Shown here: in pieces, positions 39,082-47,944 of the stretch | Numbering within the stretch: position 1 is the stretch's first letter | Layout of the letters: each line of letters starts with the position of its first letter | Assembly (NCBI GenBank): GCA_007127335.1 | Contig: SKZO01000038.1 | Location: forward strand, 1-56,344 | Reading direction: 5' to 3' | Origin: Spirochaetales bacterium | GTDB lineage: Bacteria > Spirochaetota > Spirochaetia > DSM-27196 > SLST01 | Length of the DNA: 56,344 bases | Notes under the pieces: model-generated | Database searches by the model: none | Told to the model about the DNA's origin: nothing | The model's input: the letters and a program-made list of their open reading frames with translations, nothing else | Translations under genes and position numbers: made by a program

Positions 39082-40736
39082 CGATCCGCACCCGCCAGAC
39101 AGCGTTTCTCGTCCTGGCGGTCGTGACGCTTGCCGCGGTGATCCTGGGCATTGTCCTGGGCGTGACTGTACGCCGGTCTCGTAGAGATCTCGTCTTCGGG
39201 CTCGAAGAGCTCGACATCCTGATCGCCGACGGTCTCTACGAGGAGGCCGACGCGATGCTCCCCTGGCTCGCCGCGCGTGCCCGTACCGCGGGAGACGGGA
39301 TGCGGGTATTCCGGCGCGCGTATGAGCTCTATCGCGCCAACGGCGCAACACACGGAATGGACGAGACGGCACGCCGCCTGCTGCGTGAGTTTCCTGGCAA
39401 CGCAACGATCAGGTCGATCGCGGTCTACGCTGCCGTTCGCGCGGGTCGTGAGAACGAGGCGCTCGAGATCGCATCCGGCGAGCTCGGAGACGCGGTGCCT
39501 GCTGTCTATGCGTGGGCGCTCCTCTCCAACAGGAAGACTGCCGTGGAGCATCCGGAGGACGAGCACGACGAGATGCTTCTCGCGCGGCTCGGGACGGCAA
39601 GCCCGGCGCGCGACTATGAACGGGCATGGCGCCTGACCGGGGACGAACGGTATGCGCTCAATGCCGTTCTGCTGCTCCTGCTCGATGACCCGGAGTACGC
39701 CCTTGAGCTTGCCCGCGCGGCGGGTCTGCGCCGGACCTGGCCGCTCCTCCTTGCCGATATACTCGCTGATCGCGGTCGGTTTGATGAGGCCGTCTCACTC
39801 CTGTCGGGACTCGGGTCTCCGGGGCCGGAGGTGCAGATGCGACTTGCGGACGCGCACTACCACTCGGGCAACGACGAGGAGGCGTATCGCATCTACGAGG
39901 CCCTCGTGGGCGACGGCACGGCAACGTCGCCGGCCGCACCGCCGCACGCGTTCATCAATCTGGCTCATCTGACGGCGGCCCGCGGCGGCCCTTCTGCCGG
40001 CGGTCGATCGCTCGAGCTGGTCACTCGCGCATCGGCGCTCTATCCGGACTCATGGGCCGTTGCCCGTGCATTTGCTCTCGCTCACCGCGCTGCCGGGATC
40101 GAGCCGCCTGGGCTCACCGCCTGGTTCGCTACCGGGTATGAGGCGCAGGCACGACTGCTCGCGCTCCAGCTCGAGCAGGACCCGGACCGGCGGGGGTACG
40201 AGGCGGATCTGTGGATACTGCTCGAGCGCTTTCCGAGTGACCATTCCTTCCGCTACGCGGCATGGTACCTGTTTACCCGCGAGCACCTCGTTGAGGTCGA
40301 ACGCGTCCTGCGACGGGCGGCTTCGCTGCGCGACGATGGAGCTCCGCAGCCGGCATGGAGTCGGTTCTACCGTGGATTGCTCGCTGCCCGAGCCGATCTG
40401 TGGGTTGAGGCGGCCGGGCACTTCACGGCGAGCTTCATCATGTCGCCTGCGTGGGAGTCGGCGATGAATGCCGCGATCGCCCTGGCTCGATCCGGAGAGG
40501 GCGACGAGGCGCGGACACGACTCGAGAACGCGCTGCTGCTTGCGAGGCACGCCAAGGGGCGGCAGCGCGCTCAGGCCTTTCTCACCGCGGCACGTCTTGC
40601 TCCGACCACCGAGGAAGCCCGGCGATTGCTCGGCGAGGCTCTCGCGATCGATCCCGCCTCGCCCGACGCACTCCTGCTGCAGGCGCAGCTTGGCCTGCCG
40701 CCCCGCGGCCTGCTTGAAAACGCCGGGGCGAGATAG
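39078..40736 (+). CDS. Membrane-anchored TPR-like protein
   Basis: N-terminal TM anchor and Ala/Leu-rich helical repeats; ATGA overlap with nusB. Confidence 0.75.
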   Translation: MTIRTRQTAFLVLAVVTLAAVILGIVLGVTVRRSRRDLVFGLEELDILIADGLYEEADAMLPWLAARARTAGDGMRVFRRAYELYRANGATHGMDETARRLLREFPGNATIRSIAVYAAVRAGRENEALEIASGELGDAVPAVYAWALLSNRKTAVEHPEDEHDEMLLARLGTASPARDYERAWRLTGDERYALNAVLLLLLDDPEYALELARAAGLRRTWPLLLADILADRGRFDEAVSLLSGLGSPGPEVQMRLADAHYHSGNDEEAYRIYEALVGDGTATSPAAPPHAFINLAHLTAARGGPSAGGRSLELVTRASALYPDSWAVARAFALAHRAAGIEPPGLTAWFATGYEAQARLLALQLEQDPDRRGYEADLWILLERFPSDHSFRYAAWYLFTREHLVEVERVLRRAASLRDDGAPQPAWSRFYRGLLAARADLWVEAAGHFTASFIMSPAWESAMNAAIALARSGEGDEARTRLENALLLARHAKGRQRAQAFLTAARLAPTTEEARRLLGEALAIDPASPDALLLQAQLGLPPRGLLENAGAR

Positions 40737-40760
40737 TAAGTTCCAGCGGACGAGTCGCCC

Positions 40761-41525
40761 GTGAAACTGAAGAACCCAAAGCAGATCCAGCTTATACGAG
40801 AGTCGGGAATCGTTCTCGCACGTACGCTCCGTCGTCTCGGTGAGATGGTCGAGCCCGGACTACCGCTGCTGGAGATCGACGCGCAGTGTCGCTCCTTGCT
40901 GCAGGCCTCCGGCGCACGACCTGCGTTTCTCGGCTACATGGGGTTTCCTGCGGCGCTGTGCGTATCGGTGAACGAGGAGGTCATCCACGGCATTCCTACA
41001 CGCCGCATCCTGCGCGAGGGAGACATCGTGAGTCTCGACATCGGCGTTGATCTCGACGGGTACATCAGCGACGCGGCCGCAACGTTCGCCGTAGGACGGG
41101 TTTCGGGAGACGTCGAACGGCTGCTGCTCGCGACTCGCGAGGCGCTGGAGCGCGGCATTGCGGCGGCACACCCGGGTGGCCGGGTCCAGGATATCTCACG
41201 GGCGATCTACGACCACGTCACGGCCCGGGGCTACGGGGTTGTACGCCCGTACTGTGGGCACGGGGTCGGGTTCGCCGTGCATGAGGAGCCGCAGGTGCCC
41301 AACTACGTGTCTCGGGGGCCGAATCCGCGCCTGAAGCCGGGACTCGTCCTCGCAATAGAGCCCATGATCAACCTCGGTGGAGACGATGTGGAGGTACTCG
41401 ACGACGACTGGACGGTCGTGACGGCCGACCGGTCGATCTCCGCACACTACGAACACACCATCGCTATACTCGACGACGGGGTTGAGATCCTGACTCGCGC
41501 CGAGGAATCAGTGGAGGTCTCATGA
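40761..41525 (+). CDS. map: Type I methionine aminopeptidase
   Basis: CVSVNEEVIHGIP, DIVSLDIG..DG..SD, GHGVGFAVHEEP, AIEPMI, SAHYEHTI. Confidence 0.97.
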   Translation: MKLKNPKQIQLIRESGIVLARTLRRLGEMVEPGLPLLEIDAQCRSLLQASGARPAFLGYMGFPAALCVSVNEEVIHGIPTRRILREGDIVSLDIGVDLDGYISDAAATFAVGRVSGDVERLLLATREALERGIAAAHPGGRVQDISRAIYDHVTARGYGVVRPYCGHGVGFAVHEEPQVPNYVSRGPNPRLKPGLVLAIEPMINLGGDDVEVLDDDWTVVTADRSISAHYEHTIAILDDGVEILTRAEESVEVS

Positions 41526-42991
41526 TGCCATCGCGAAGGACATCCGGCGGGCTGTCGTTCTGGACCCTCGTCAGCATCGGCCTGTCGGCCGTGACGCTCG
41601 CGCTTCTGGCCGCCCTGATGCTCGGGGCGTGTTCGACAGGCGAGCCGCGGATCGTCCGCTCGGGCAACCAGACCCCTGCACCGGCTTCGACCGACGGTCT
41701 GCGCTCCCTGCAGAGCTCATTTCGCTCGATTGCCGAGACCACGCTGCCGAGTGTCGTTCGTATCGATGTCCGGGCTCGGTTCGCCGTCCCGGGCGGTCTG
41801 CCGTTCGAACAGTTCGGCGAGCCTGATGCGCAGGAACCGGGCCGACGCGAGTTCGAGTCCGAGGGGCTCGGTTCAGGAGTGGTGGTCAGTCGCGCAGGAC
41901 AGACCCATTACGTTCTGACGAACGACCATGTCGTCGCGGACGCAGACGCGATAACCGTCGTCCTCGACGACGGGACCGAGCTCGACGCTGAGCTCGTGGG
42001 CCGCGACCGCAGGAAGGACCTTGCGATGGTCTCATTCCGCAGTCAGCGTCCGGTCCCCGTTGCCCGGCTCGGCGACTCGGATTCGCTCCGGGTTGGCGAC
42101 TGGGTTGTCGCGATCGGCAGTCCGTTCGGGTACCGGAACACGGTCACTGCGGGCATCGTGAGCGCAGTCGGACGTTCCGGCTCGATGATCGGAAATATCA
42201 GCGACTTCATCCAGACCGACGCTTCCATTAACCGGGGCAACTCCGGCGGGGCGCTCGTGAATCTCGATGGTGAGGTGGTAGGGATCAACACGTGGATCAC
42301 CAGCGCAACGGGAGTGAGCGCAGGGCTCGGGTTTGCGATACCCATCAACAACACGATCCGTACGATCGAGTCGCTCATTCGCGGAGCCGAGGTTCGCTAT
42401 GGTTGGCTCGGCGTTTCGATTCAGTCGGTTGATCGGCGGCAGGTCGAATCGATGCGGCTGCCGGGCCGTCACGGCGCGCTGATCGACAGCGTGTTCTCCG
42501 GATCCCCGGCCGAGGGAGATCTCTACCCCGGCGATTTCGTCACAGCGATCGACGGCGTGGCGTTGCACGACTCCGATCAGCTCATACTGATGGTTGGCGA
42601 GCTGCCTGTTGGTGCCGAGCCGCTGCTCACCCTGATCCGGCAGGGGGAAGAGGTGGAGGTGCGGGTTTCCATTGCCGAGCGACGGTCCGAGGCCTCGATC
42701 CGCCAACAGAGCCGTGCTCTCTGGCCCGGTATGAGCGTGTACCCGATTACGCCCGATCTTGCGGCCCGACTGACGCTTCCCGACGACGCCGGCGTGGTTG
42801 TATCGCGGGTCGACCAGGGCACGCCGGCGGATCTCGGCGGGCTGGTCGCCTACGACCTGATCCGGTCCATCAATGGAGACCGAATCGAATCGCCTCTGGA
42901 CTACTACGCGAAAATGTCCGAAGATACTCGGACCTGGGAGATCGTCGTGCTTCGAGACGGCGACGAACGACAACTGACGGTGGTGCGATAA
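41522..42991 (+). CDS. htrA: Do/HtrA family serine endopeptidase with two PDZ domains
   Basis: GLGSGVV, TNDHVV (His), KDLA (Asp), IQTDASINRGNSGG (Ser). Confidence 0.93.
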   Translation: MMPSRRTSGGLSFWTLVSIGLSAVTLALLAALMLGACSTGEPRIVRSGNQTPAPASTDGLRSLQSSFRSIAETTLPSVVRIDVRARFAVPGGLPFEQFGEPDAQEPGRREFESEGLGSGVVVSRAGQTHYVLTNDHVVADADAITVVLDDGTELDAELVGRDRRKDLAMVSFRSQRPVPVARLGDSDSLRVGDWVVAIGSPFGYRNTVTAGIVSAVGRSGSMIGNISDFIQTDASINRGNSGGALVNLDGEVVGINTWITSATGVSAGLGFAIPINNTIRTIESLIRGAEVRYGWLGVSIQSVDRRQVESMRLPGRHGALIDSVFSGSPAEGDLYPGDFVTAIDGVALHDSDQLILMVGELPVGAEPLLTLIRQGEEVEVRVSIAERRSEASIRQQSRALWPGMSVYPITPDLAARLTLPDDAGVVVSRVDQGTPADLGGLVAYDLIRSINGDRIESPLDYYAKMSEDTRTWEIVVLRDGDERQLTVVR

Positions 42992-43593
42992 TGCCGAAAG
43001 AGTTTCTCGAACCGACGATCGTCCGCGACAACGCGGTGAAACTGGCCCGCAGAATCCACGGCGACAGCTTCGTGCCTGACGTCATCTACGTGAGTCTGCG
43101 CGGCGGGGCCTATCTGGGAAATGTGCTCAGCGAGTACTTCAAGGTCGTGCGTCGAGGGCAGCGACCAGTCTTCTACGCTGCCGTAGTGGCGAGGTCGTAC
43201 ACCGATATCCACACGAGCGAGCGGGTCATGGTCGACGGATGGACCTATAGCCCCGAGTACCTGCGCAGCGGCGACCGCATCCTGCTCGTCGACGACATCT
43301 ACGACTCAGGCCACACCGTGAACCATCTCGTGGAGATCTTTCTCGAGAAGGGTATCCCCCGGGATGACATCAAGGTGGCAGTCCACGATTACAAGATCCG
43401 GACATTCTCACCCGAGAAACTGCCGATTCAGCCCGACTACTGGTGCCGGAAGCACGTCGTCGAACGCCCGGAGGACGACACGTGGATCCACTACCTGAGC
43501 CACGAGCTCGTCGGGCTGAACGCCGATGAAGTGGGCGCAAACTATCCCGATCCCGACACCGCTGATGCGATCAGGAGCATCCTGCGCGAATAG
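42991..43593 (+). CDS. Type I phosphoribosyltransferase
   Basis: SLRGGA, PRPP loop ILLVDDIYDSGHT; TAATG overlap with htrA. Confidence 0.9.
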   Translation: MPKEFLEPTIVRDNAVKLARRIHGDSFVPDVIYVSLRGGAYLGNVLSEYFKVVRRGQRPVFYAAVVARSYTDIHTSERVMVDGWTYSPEYLRSGDRILLVDDIYDSGHTVNHLVEIFLEKGIPRDDIKVAVHDYKIRTFSPEKLPIQPDYWCRKHVVERPEDDTWIHYLSHELVGLNADEVGANYPDPDTADAIRSILRE

Positions 43594-43617
43594 CAGCACC
43601 GGTGATGCTCCGGCCGG

Positions 43618-44862
43618 TCACTCGCGTACCCACTGCTTCGGCCCCGAATCGGACGAGAGGGTTCTCCAAAGGCCCTTCTGCGCGGTTCCCATGAAGAGCA
43701 GGTGGCCGTCCCACTCCTCCATTCCGTCGGCGGTCTCGACCGGAAAGCCGGTGACCCTATCCGGATCGACGAAGATCACCTCGATCGCCGCGGACGGGAG
43801 GTTGCTTCCCTGGTAGTTCGACCCGGGGACGTCGGGCGACGAGACTTCAGTGGTCGCGTCCACCTCACCGGCGACCCCCACGTTGCGGTACCCGTGCCCG
43901 CGGGTTCCCGCGATGATGATCGTCTGCGGCCCCTTCGGTACGGCTGCGAGGGCACTGAACCAGATGGGGTCTTCGTTGGTCGCGCTGACCGGGTTGACCT
44001 CGCCTCTCTGCCAGCTCGTGCCAAAGTCGTCGCTCGTGTAGAGGCGTCCGGCGCTGTCGGCGAGCCAGAGCAGATCGCCGGTCTCGTCGTAGAGGACCGC
44101 GGTGAAGATCGCGTCGGCGTCCCTGGCAGGAGCGGCGTCGACGGCAGGAGAGGCGTCGACCGGCGCGATATCCTCGTCGAGCCCGCCCGAGTGGCGCATG
44201 ACGCCCGTTGTGCTGACGTAGGCGACGTCGGTGCCGTTCGTCGCGACACCGATCCACCGAGCATTGTCGAGCGTGGTGCCGGGCAGAGGAACGAAGGTCT
44301 CTCCGTCGCTCGAGGCGTAGAGGCGGTGATGTGCCGGGGTGTCGGTCGTCGCGGCGGAGGCGATCAGCCACTCGGTGCCGTCGTTGAGCGCGAATATCTC
44401 GTCGATCCTGCGGATTCCCGTCGGGAGATCCCAGATCTCTTCCGGAGCGGTGGCAGGCGCGGCGGGGTCGATCGCGTAGACCGCGGAGCGGGCCGCATCC
44501 GGGCTCACGAACACGGCATAGATCCGCTGTCCGGCGCCCACGTCGGCGGCGACGAGCGACATGGTGCGGTACGGCTGCCCATCGACCGAAGGGGCCGGGG
44601 TGGCTTCCCATTCGGGTCTTTCACCCGTAGCAGGGTCGTCCTGGTCGCGATAGGAGAGCGCGCCGGTCGCGGCGAAGTAGGTCGTTCCCGCCTTGGCAAA
44701 CGCACCGACCGTGAGCTCCTTGCCCAGGTTCCGGTCAAAAGGGATTCGGCGCTCGCGCTGGATGCTCGCGAACAGACCGTACGGGTGCCGGGTGCAGGCG
44801 CCAATAGCGGCGGCGAGTGCCACGACGAGAAGCAGGAGCGTGTATTTGACGTTCTTGTGCAT
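43618..44862 (-). CDS. Putative lipoprotein with Asp-box (BNR) motifs, probable beta-propeller
   Basis: MHKNVKYTLLLLVVALAAAIGA-C; LYASSDGETF, LYTSDDFGTSW, GLWRTLSSDSG. Confidence 0.78.
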   Translation of the reverse strand: MHKNVKYTLLLLVVALAAAIGACTRHPYGLFASIQRERRIPFDRNLGKELTVGAFAKAGTTYFAATGALSYRDQDDPATGERPEWEATPAPSVDGQPYRTMSLVAADVGAGQRIYAVFVSPDAARSAVYAIDPAAPATAPEEIWDLPTGIRRIDEIFALNDGTEWLIASAATTDTPAHHRLYASSDGETFVPLPGTTLDNARWIGVATNGTDVAYVSTTGVMRHSGGLDEDIAPVDASPAVDAAPARDADAIFTAVLYDETGDLLWLADSAGRLYTSDDFGTSWQRGEVNPVSATNEDPIWFSALAAVPKGPQTIIIAGTRGHGYRNVGVAGEVDATTEVSSPDVPGSNYQGSNLPSAAIEVIFVDPDRVTGFPVETADGMEEWDGHLLFMGTAQKGLWRTLSSDSGPKQWVRE

Positions 44863-44872
44863 GAACTGTCTC

Positions 44873-45484
44873 CTAGAACCGGTAGAGCGCTGAGAGCGAG
44901 AGCTCGAGGAAGTTCCCAATCCGCGATTCGTCGGGACCGGCTACGCTTCCCTGGCTGTAGATCTGCGGGATAATCCAGTATCGCAGATTCGCGCCGAATG
45001 CCCACTGCGAGCTGTAGTTCCAGTACATCGCCGCGCCCGGACGGATGAACGGATCGAGTTTCAGGTCTTCCTCCAACCGCGCGAAACTCATCCCCAGACC
45101 CAGCTTCACCGGGAACTCGAACGGGAAGGCCTGGAACAGGTAGCTCGACTCGAACGTGATCGGCACGAGGAAGAGCGGGCGGCGGTTGGGTGTGAAGGAG
45201 AAGCTCCCTCCGACCTCCACTCCGAGCTTGATCTCGTTGGTGAGGTGGCTTCCCCACGCGATCGACCCTGCGGCACCGGGCGTCAGATTCGGGCCCGTTA
45301 TCCCGTCAGGCCCTCCGGTGATGAACAGCGGGGCGAACAGACCCAGGTTGATCGCGAGCGTCTGATCGCCGAGCGAATATGTTGGAACGAAGATGTCCTC
45401 GTCTTCAGGTGCCTGCGCAAAGGCCGTAGAGGCGAGCAGGATCAGCACCGGTCCAAGGACTCGCCTGAAGTAGATATGTCTCAT
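44873..45484 (-). CDS. Small outer-membrane beta-barrel protein (TP0733/OmpW-like)
   Basis: C-terminal 203 aa of ORF 44873..46186; signal peptide ending AFA-Q; about 8 amphipathic strands; terminal beta-signal LSALYRF. Confidence 0.8.
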   Translation of the reverse strand: MRHIYFRRVLGPVLILLASTAFAQAPEDEDIFVPTYSLGDQTLAINLGLFAPLFITGGPDGITGPNLTPGAAGSIAWGSHLTNEIKLGVEVGGSFSFTPNRRPLFLVPITFESSYLFQAFPFEFPVKLGLGMSFARLEEDLKLDPFIRPGAAMYWNYSSQWAFGANLRYWIIPQIYSQGSVAGPDESRIGNFLELSLSALYRF

Positions 45485-45598
45485 TACCAGCCAAAGGTAG
45501 CACGACGGGGGGCCACAGATCAACTTCGCCCGGGATCCGTCACGCGTGGCGGCCCCTGTGCTCGTGACACTCGGCGGCAATCGTGGTACAAGGCTCGT

Positions 45599-46273
45599 AT
45601 GAATCGAGTGCGACGGATAGACGACCGCACGCCGGTACGACGCGTGCTGATCAGTGTTTCGGACAAGAGCGAGCTCGAGACGCTCGTGCCCGGTCTGATG
45701 GCCGTGGAGGGGCTGGTCGTCTACTCGACCGGCGGCACCTATACGCGCATCCGGGAGATCCTCGGCGACGGCGCACCGGGGCGCCTGAAACAGGTCAGCG
45801 AGTACACAGGACAGCCGGAGATGCAGGGCGGCCTCGTCAAAACGCTCGACTACCGAATCTACCTGGGGATCCTCAGTGAGCCGCACAACGAGGCGCACGA
45901 GCAGGACCGCCTGCGTCTCGAGGCGGACCTCATAGACATGGTCGTGGTCAACCTCTATCCGTTTCGCAGCGTCTCCTCGCGCTCCGACGCCGATGCCGAG
46001 GACGCCCGGGGCAACATCGACATAGGCGGGCCATGCATGCTCAGGGCGGCGGCCAAGAACTACCTGCGGGTCGCCGCGGTATGCGATCCCGGCGACTACT
46101 CGAGCCTGATCGATGAGCTCGAGGAGAACGACGGGGCGACCGTCCTCGAGACACGGTTTCGCCTCGCACAGAAGGCGTTCGGACATACGGCCCGGTATGA
46201 TCGGGCGATCGCGGAGTACCTGTGCGACCGTTCGCCGGACGAGGCGTTCGATCCATACGAGGTCGTCCGATGA
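45599..46273 (+). CDS. purH: Stand-alone IMP cyclohydrolase (MGS-like N-terminal half of PurH)
   Basis: VLISVSDK, STGGT, PEMQGGLVKTL, VVVNLYPF, NIDIGGPCMLRAAAKN, AFGHTARYDRAI. Confidence 0.88.
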   Translation: MNRVRRIDDRTPVRRVLISVSDKSELETLVPGLMAVEGLVVYSTGGTYTRIREILGDGAPGRLKQVSEYTGQPEMQGGLVKTLDYRIYLGILSEPHNEAHEQDRLRLEADLIDMVVVNLYPFRSVSSRSDADAEDARGNIDIGGPCMLRAAAKNYLRVAAVCDPGDYSSLIDELEENDGATVLETRFRLAQKAFGHTARYDRAIAEYLCDRSPDEAFDPYEVVR

Positions 46274-47514
46274 GCGGCCGTGACGTCTACCGCACCATGA
46301 ACCCCGACCGGTTTCCCGAGCGCATGGAGGTTACCTTTGCCGACGAGTCGGGCCGCCAGACGCTCTACTATGAGAAGGCGACATGGACGATCGACGGCGA
46401 GGAGCAGGGGTTACGGTACGGAGAAAACCCGGAGCAACAGGCGTCGCTGTACAGACTGGTGAACGGCAATCTCGTGCTCGGCGAGACGGAGACGATCGCT
46501 CCCGGCCGGTATCTCGCGAGCGATGTCGAGCTGCTGCAGAGCGGCAAGCATCCGGGCAAGATCAATATCACCGACGTCGACAGTGCGCTCAATATCCTGC
46601 GGTACCTTGGAGACACTCCGGCGACCGTCATCGTGAAGCACAACAATCCGTGTGGCGTGGCCCTGGGAGCATCGCTCGACGAGAGCTACCGCAGAGCCTA
46701 CTACGCAGACCGCGTCGCTGCGTTCGGAGGGGCGGTAGCCGTGAACCGCGAGCTCGATCTGGAGACGGCGCAGCAGATCGCAGACTCGTACTCGGAAGTC
46801 GTCGTTGCGCCGGAGTTCTCGCCCGGTGCGGTCGAGTTGCTCGCGTCGCGCAGGAATCTGCGCATCATGCGAGTTCGGAACATCGAACGGCTTCGGGAGT
46901 ACTGCGGACAACGAGTGGTGGAGTTCTCCAGTCTGATCGACGGCGGCCTCATCGTGCAGTGGTCGCAGGTGCCGGAAATCAGAGCACCGGAGGACTTCAC
47001 TCCGGCCCGTACCGAACGCAAGGGGCAGACCTATGAGATCAGCCGCAGACCGACGAAGGACGAGCTCGCGGACATGTACTTCGGATGGATGGTCGAGTTC
47101 GGCGTGACCAGCAACTCGGTCATCTATGTGAAGGACGGGGTCACCGTCGGCATCGGGACCGGCGAACAGGACCGGGTGGGCGTGGCGGAGATCGCCCGGG
47201 ACAAGGCGTACCGCAAGCACGCCGACCGGCTCGCCTGGGAACGTCGATCGGTCGCGTACCACGACATCGCGGCGAGTGGCGAGGGACGGGAGATCTGGGA
47301 ACAGACCGTTGCCGAACGCGGCGGTCTGCCCGGCAGTTCCATGATATCCGACGCCTTCTTTCCGTTTCGCGACGGGGTTGACGTCGGCATTCGGGAGGGG
47401 ATCACGTCCGTCGTGCAGCCGGGCGGGAGTCTGCGCGACTACGAGGTGATCGAAGCGTGCAACGACCGGAACGTCACGATGGTGTTCACCGGTCAACGGT
47501 CGTTTCGGCATTGA
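46270..47514 (+). CDS. purH: Stand-alone AICAR transformylase (C-terminal half of PurH)
   Basis: LRYGENPEQ, IVKHNNPCGVA, AFGG, SDAFFPFRDG, QPGGSLRD, FTGQRSFRH; ATGA overlap. Confidence 0.9.
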   Translation: MSGRDVYRTMNPDRFPERMEVTFADESGRQTLYYEKATWTIDGEEQGLRYGENPEQQASLYRLVNGNLVLGETETIAPGRYLASDVELLQSGKHPGKINITDVDSALNILRYLGDTPATVIVKHNNPCGVALGASLDESYRRAYYADRVAAFGGAVAVNRELDLETAQQIADSYSEVVVAPEFSPGAVELLASRRNLRIMRVRNIERLREYCGQRVVEFSSLIDGGLIVQWSQVPEIRAPEDFTPARTERKGQTYEISRRPTKDELADMYFGWMVEFGVTSNSVIYVKDGVTVGIGTGEQDRVGVAEIARDKAYRKHADRLAWERRSVAYHDIAASGEGREIWEQTVAERGGLPGSSMISDAFFPFRDGVDVGIREGITSVVQPGGSLRDYEVIEACNDRNVTMVFTGQRSFRH

Positions 47515-47549
47515 GACCGTACCAGGCGGGAGATGGAGAGAGGCTACCG

Positions 47550-47900
47550 ATGAGTGACAGAAGAGAGATAGTCCCTACGAGTACGCTCGTCAGACAGGGA
47601 ACAGCGGGTATTGGAGGACTAGTTGGAGGCGCGGCGCTCCTTATCCTCGGTTCGCTCGGTGGACCCTGGGCCTTCATCGTGGGAGGCATCGTCACGGTCG
47701 CCGGCGTGGTCGTCGGCGCTTCGAGCAGAGAGGATCGCCTCGCCGGGGGGATCGTCGCGGGAGCAGGGGTCCTGACGATCCTCAGCGGCGTCGGGCTGGG
47801 GATCGGAGGAGCGCTGCTTACCCTTGGCGGCATCGGCCTGCTCGCGGTTGGTGGAATCGGGCTGTTCAAGTTCCTCCGGGGACTGCGGAGTCGCAGATAG
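47550..47900 (+). CDS. Small glycine-rich multi-TM membrane protein
   Basis: GGAGAGAGG RBS, ATG 47550; four hydrophobic Gly-rich segments and a basic tail. Confidence 0.75.
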   Translation: MSDRREIVPTSTLVRQGTAGIGGLVGGAALLILGSLGGPWAFIVGGIVTVAGVVVGASSREDRLAGGIVAGAGVLTILSGVGLGIGGALLTLGGIGLLAVGGIGLFKFLRGLRSRR

Positions 47901-47944
47901 CGCTGCGATTCATATGCGCGACCGGTTGCGCCGACACTAGACAC

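Noticed and set aside
44873-46186. 437-aa ORF suggesting an N-terminally extended OMP
   Set aside because: The extension is antisense to the IMP cyclohydrolase gene; the signal peptide starts at 45484.
45599-47514. purH as a frameshifted pseudogene or programmed frameshift
   Set aside because: Clean ATGA coupling, extra terminal sequence on both halves, retained catalytic motifs and no slippery run.
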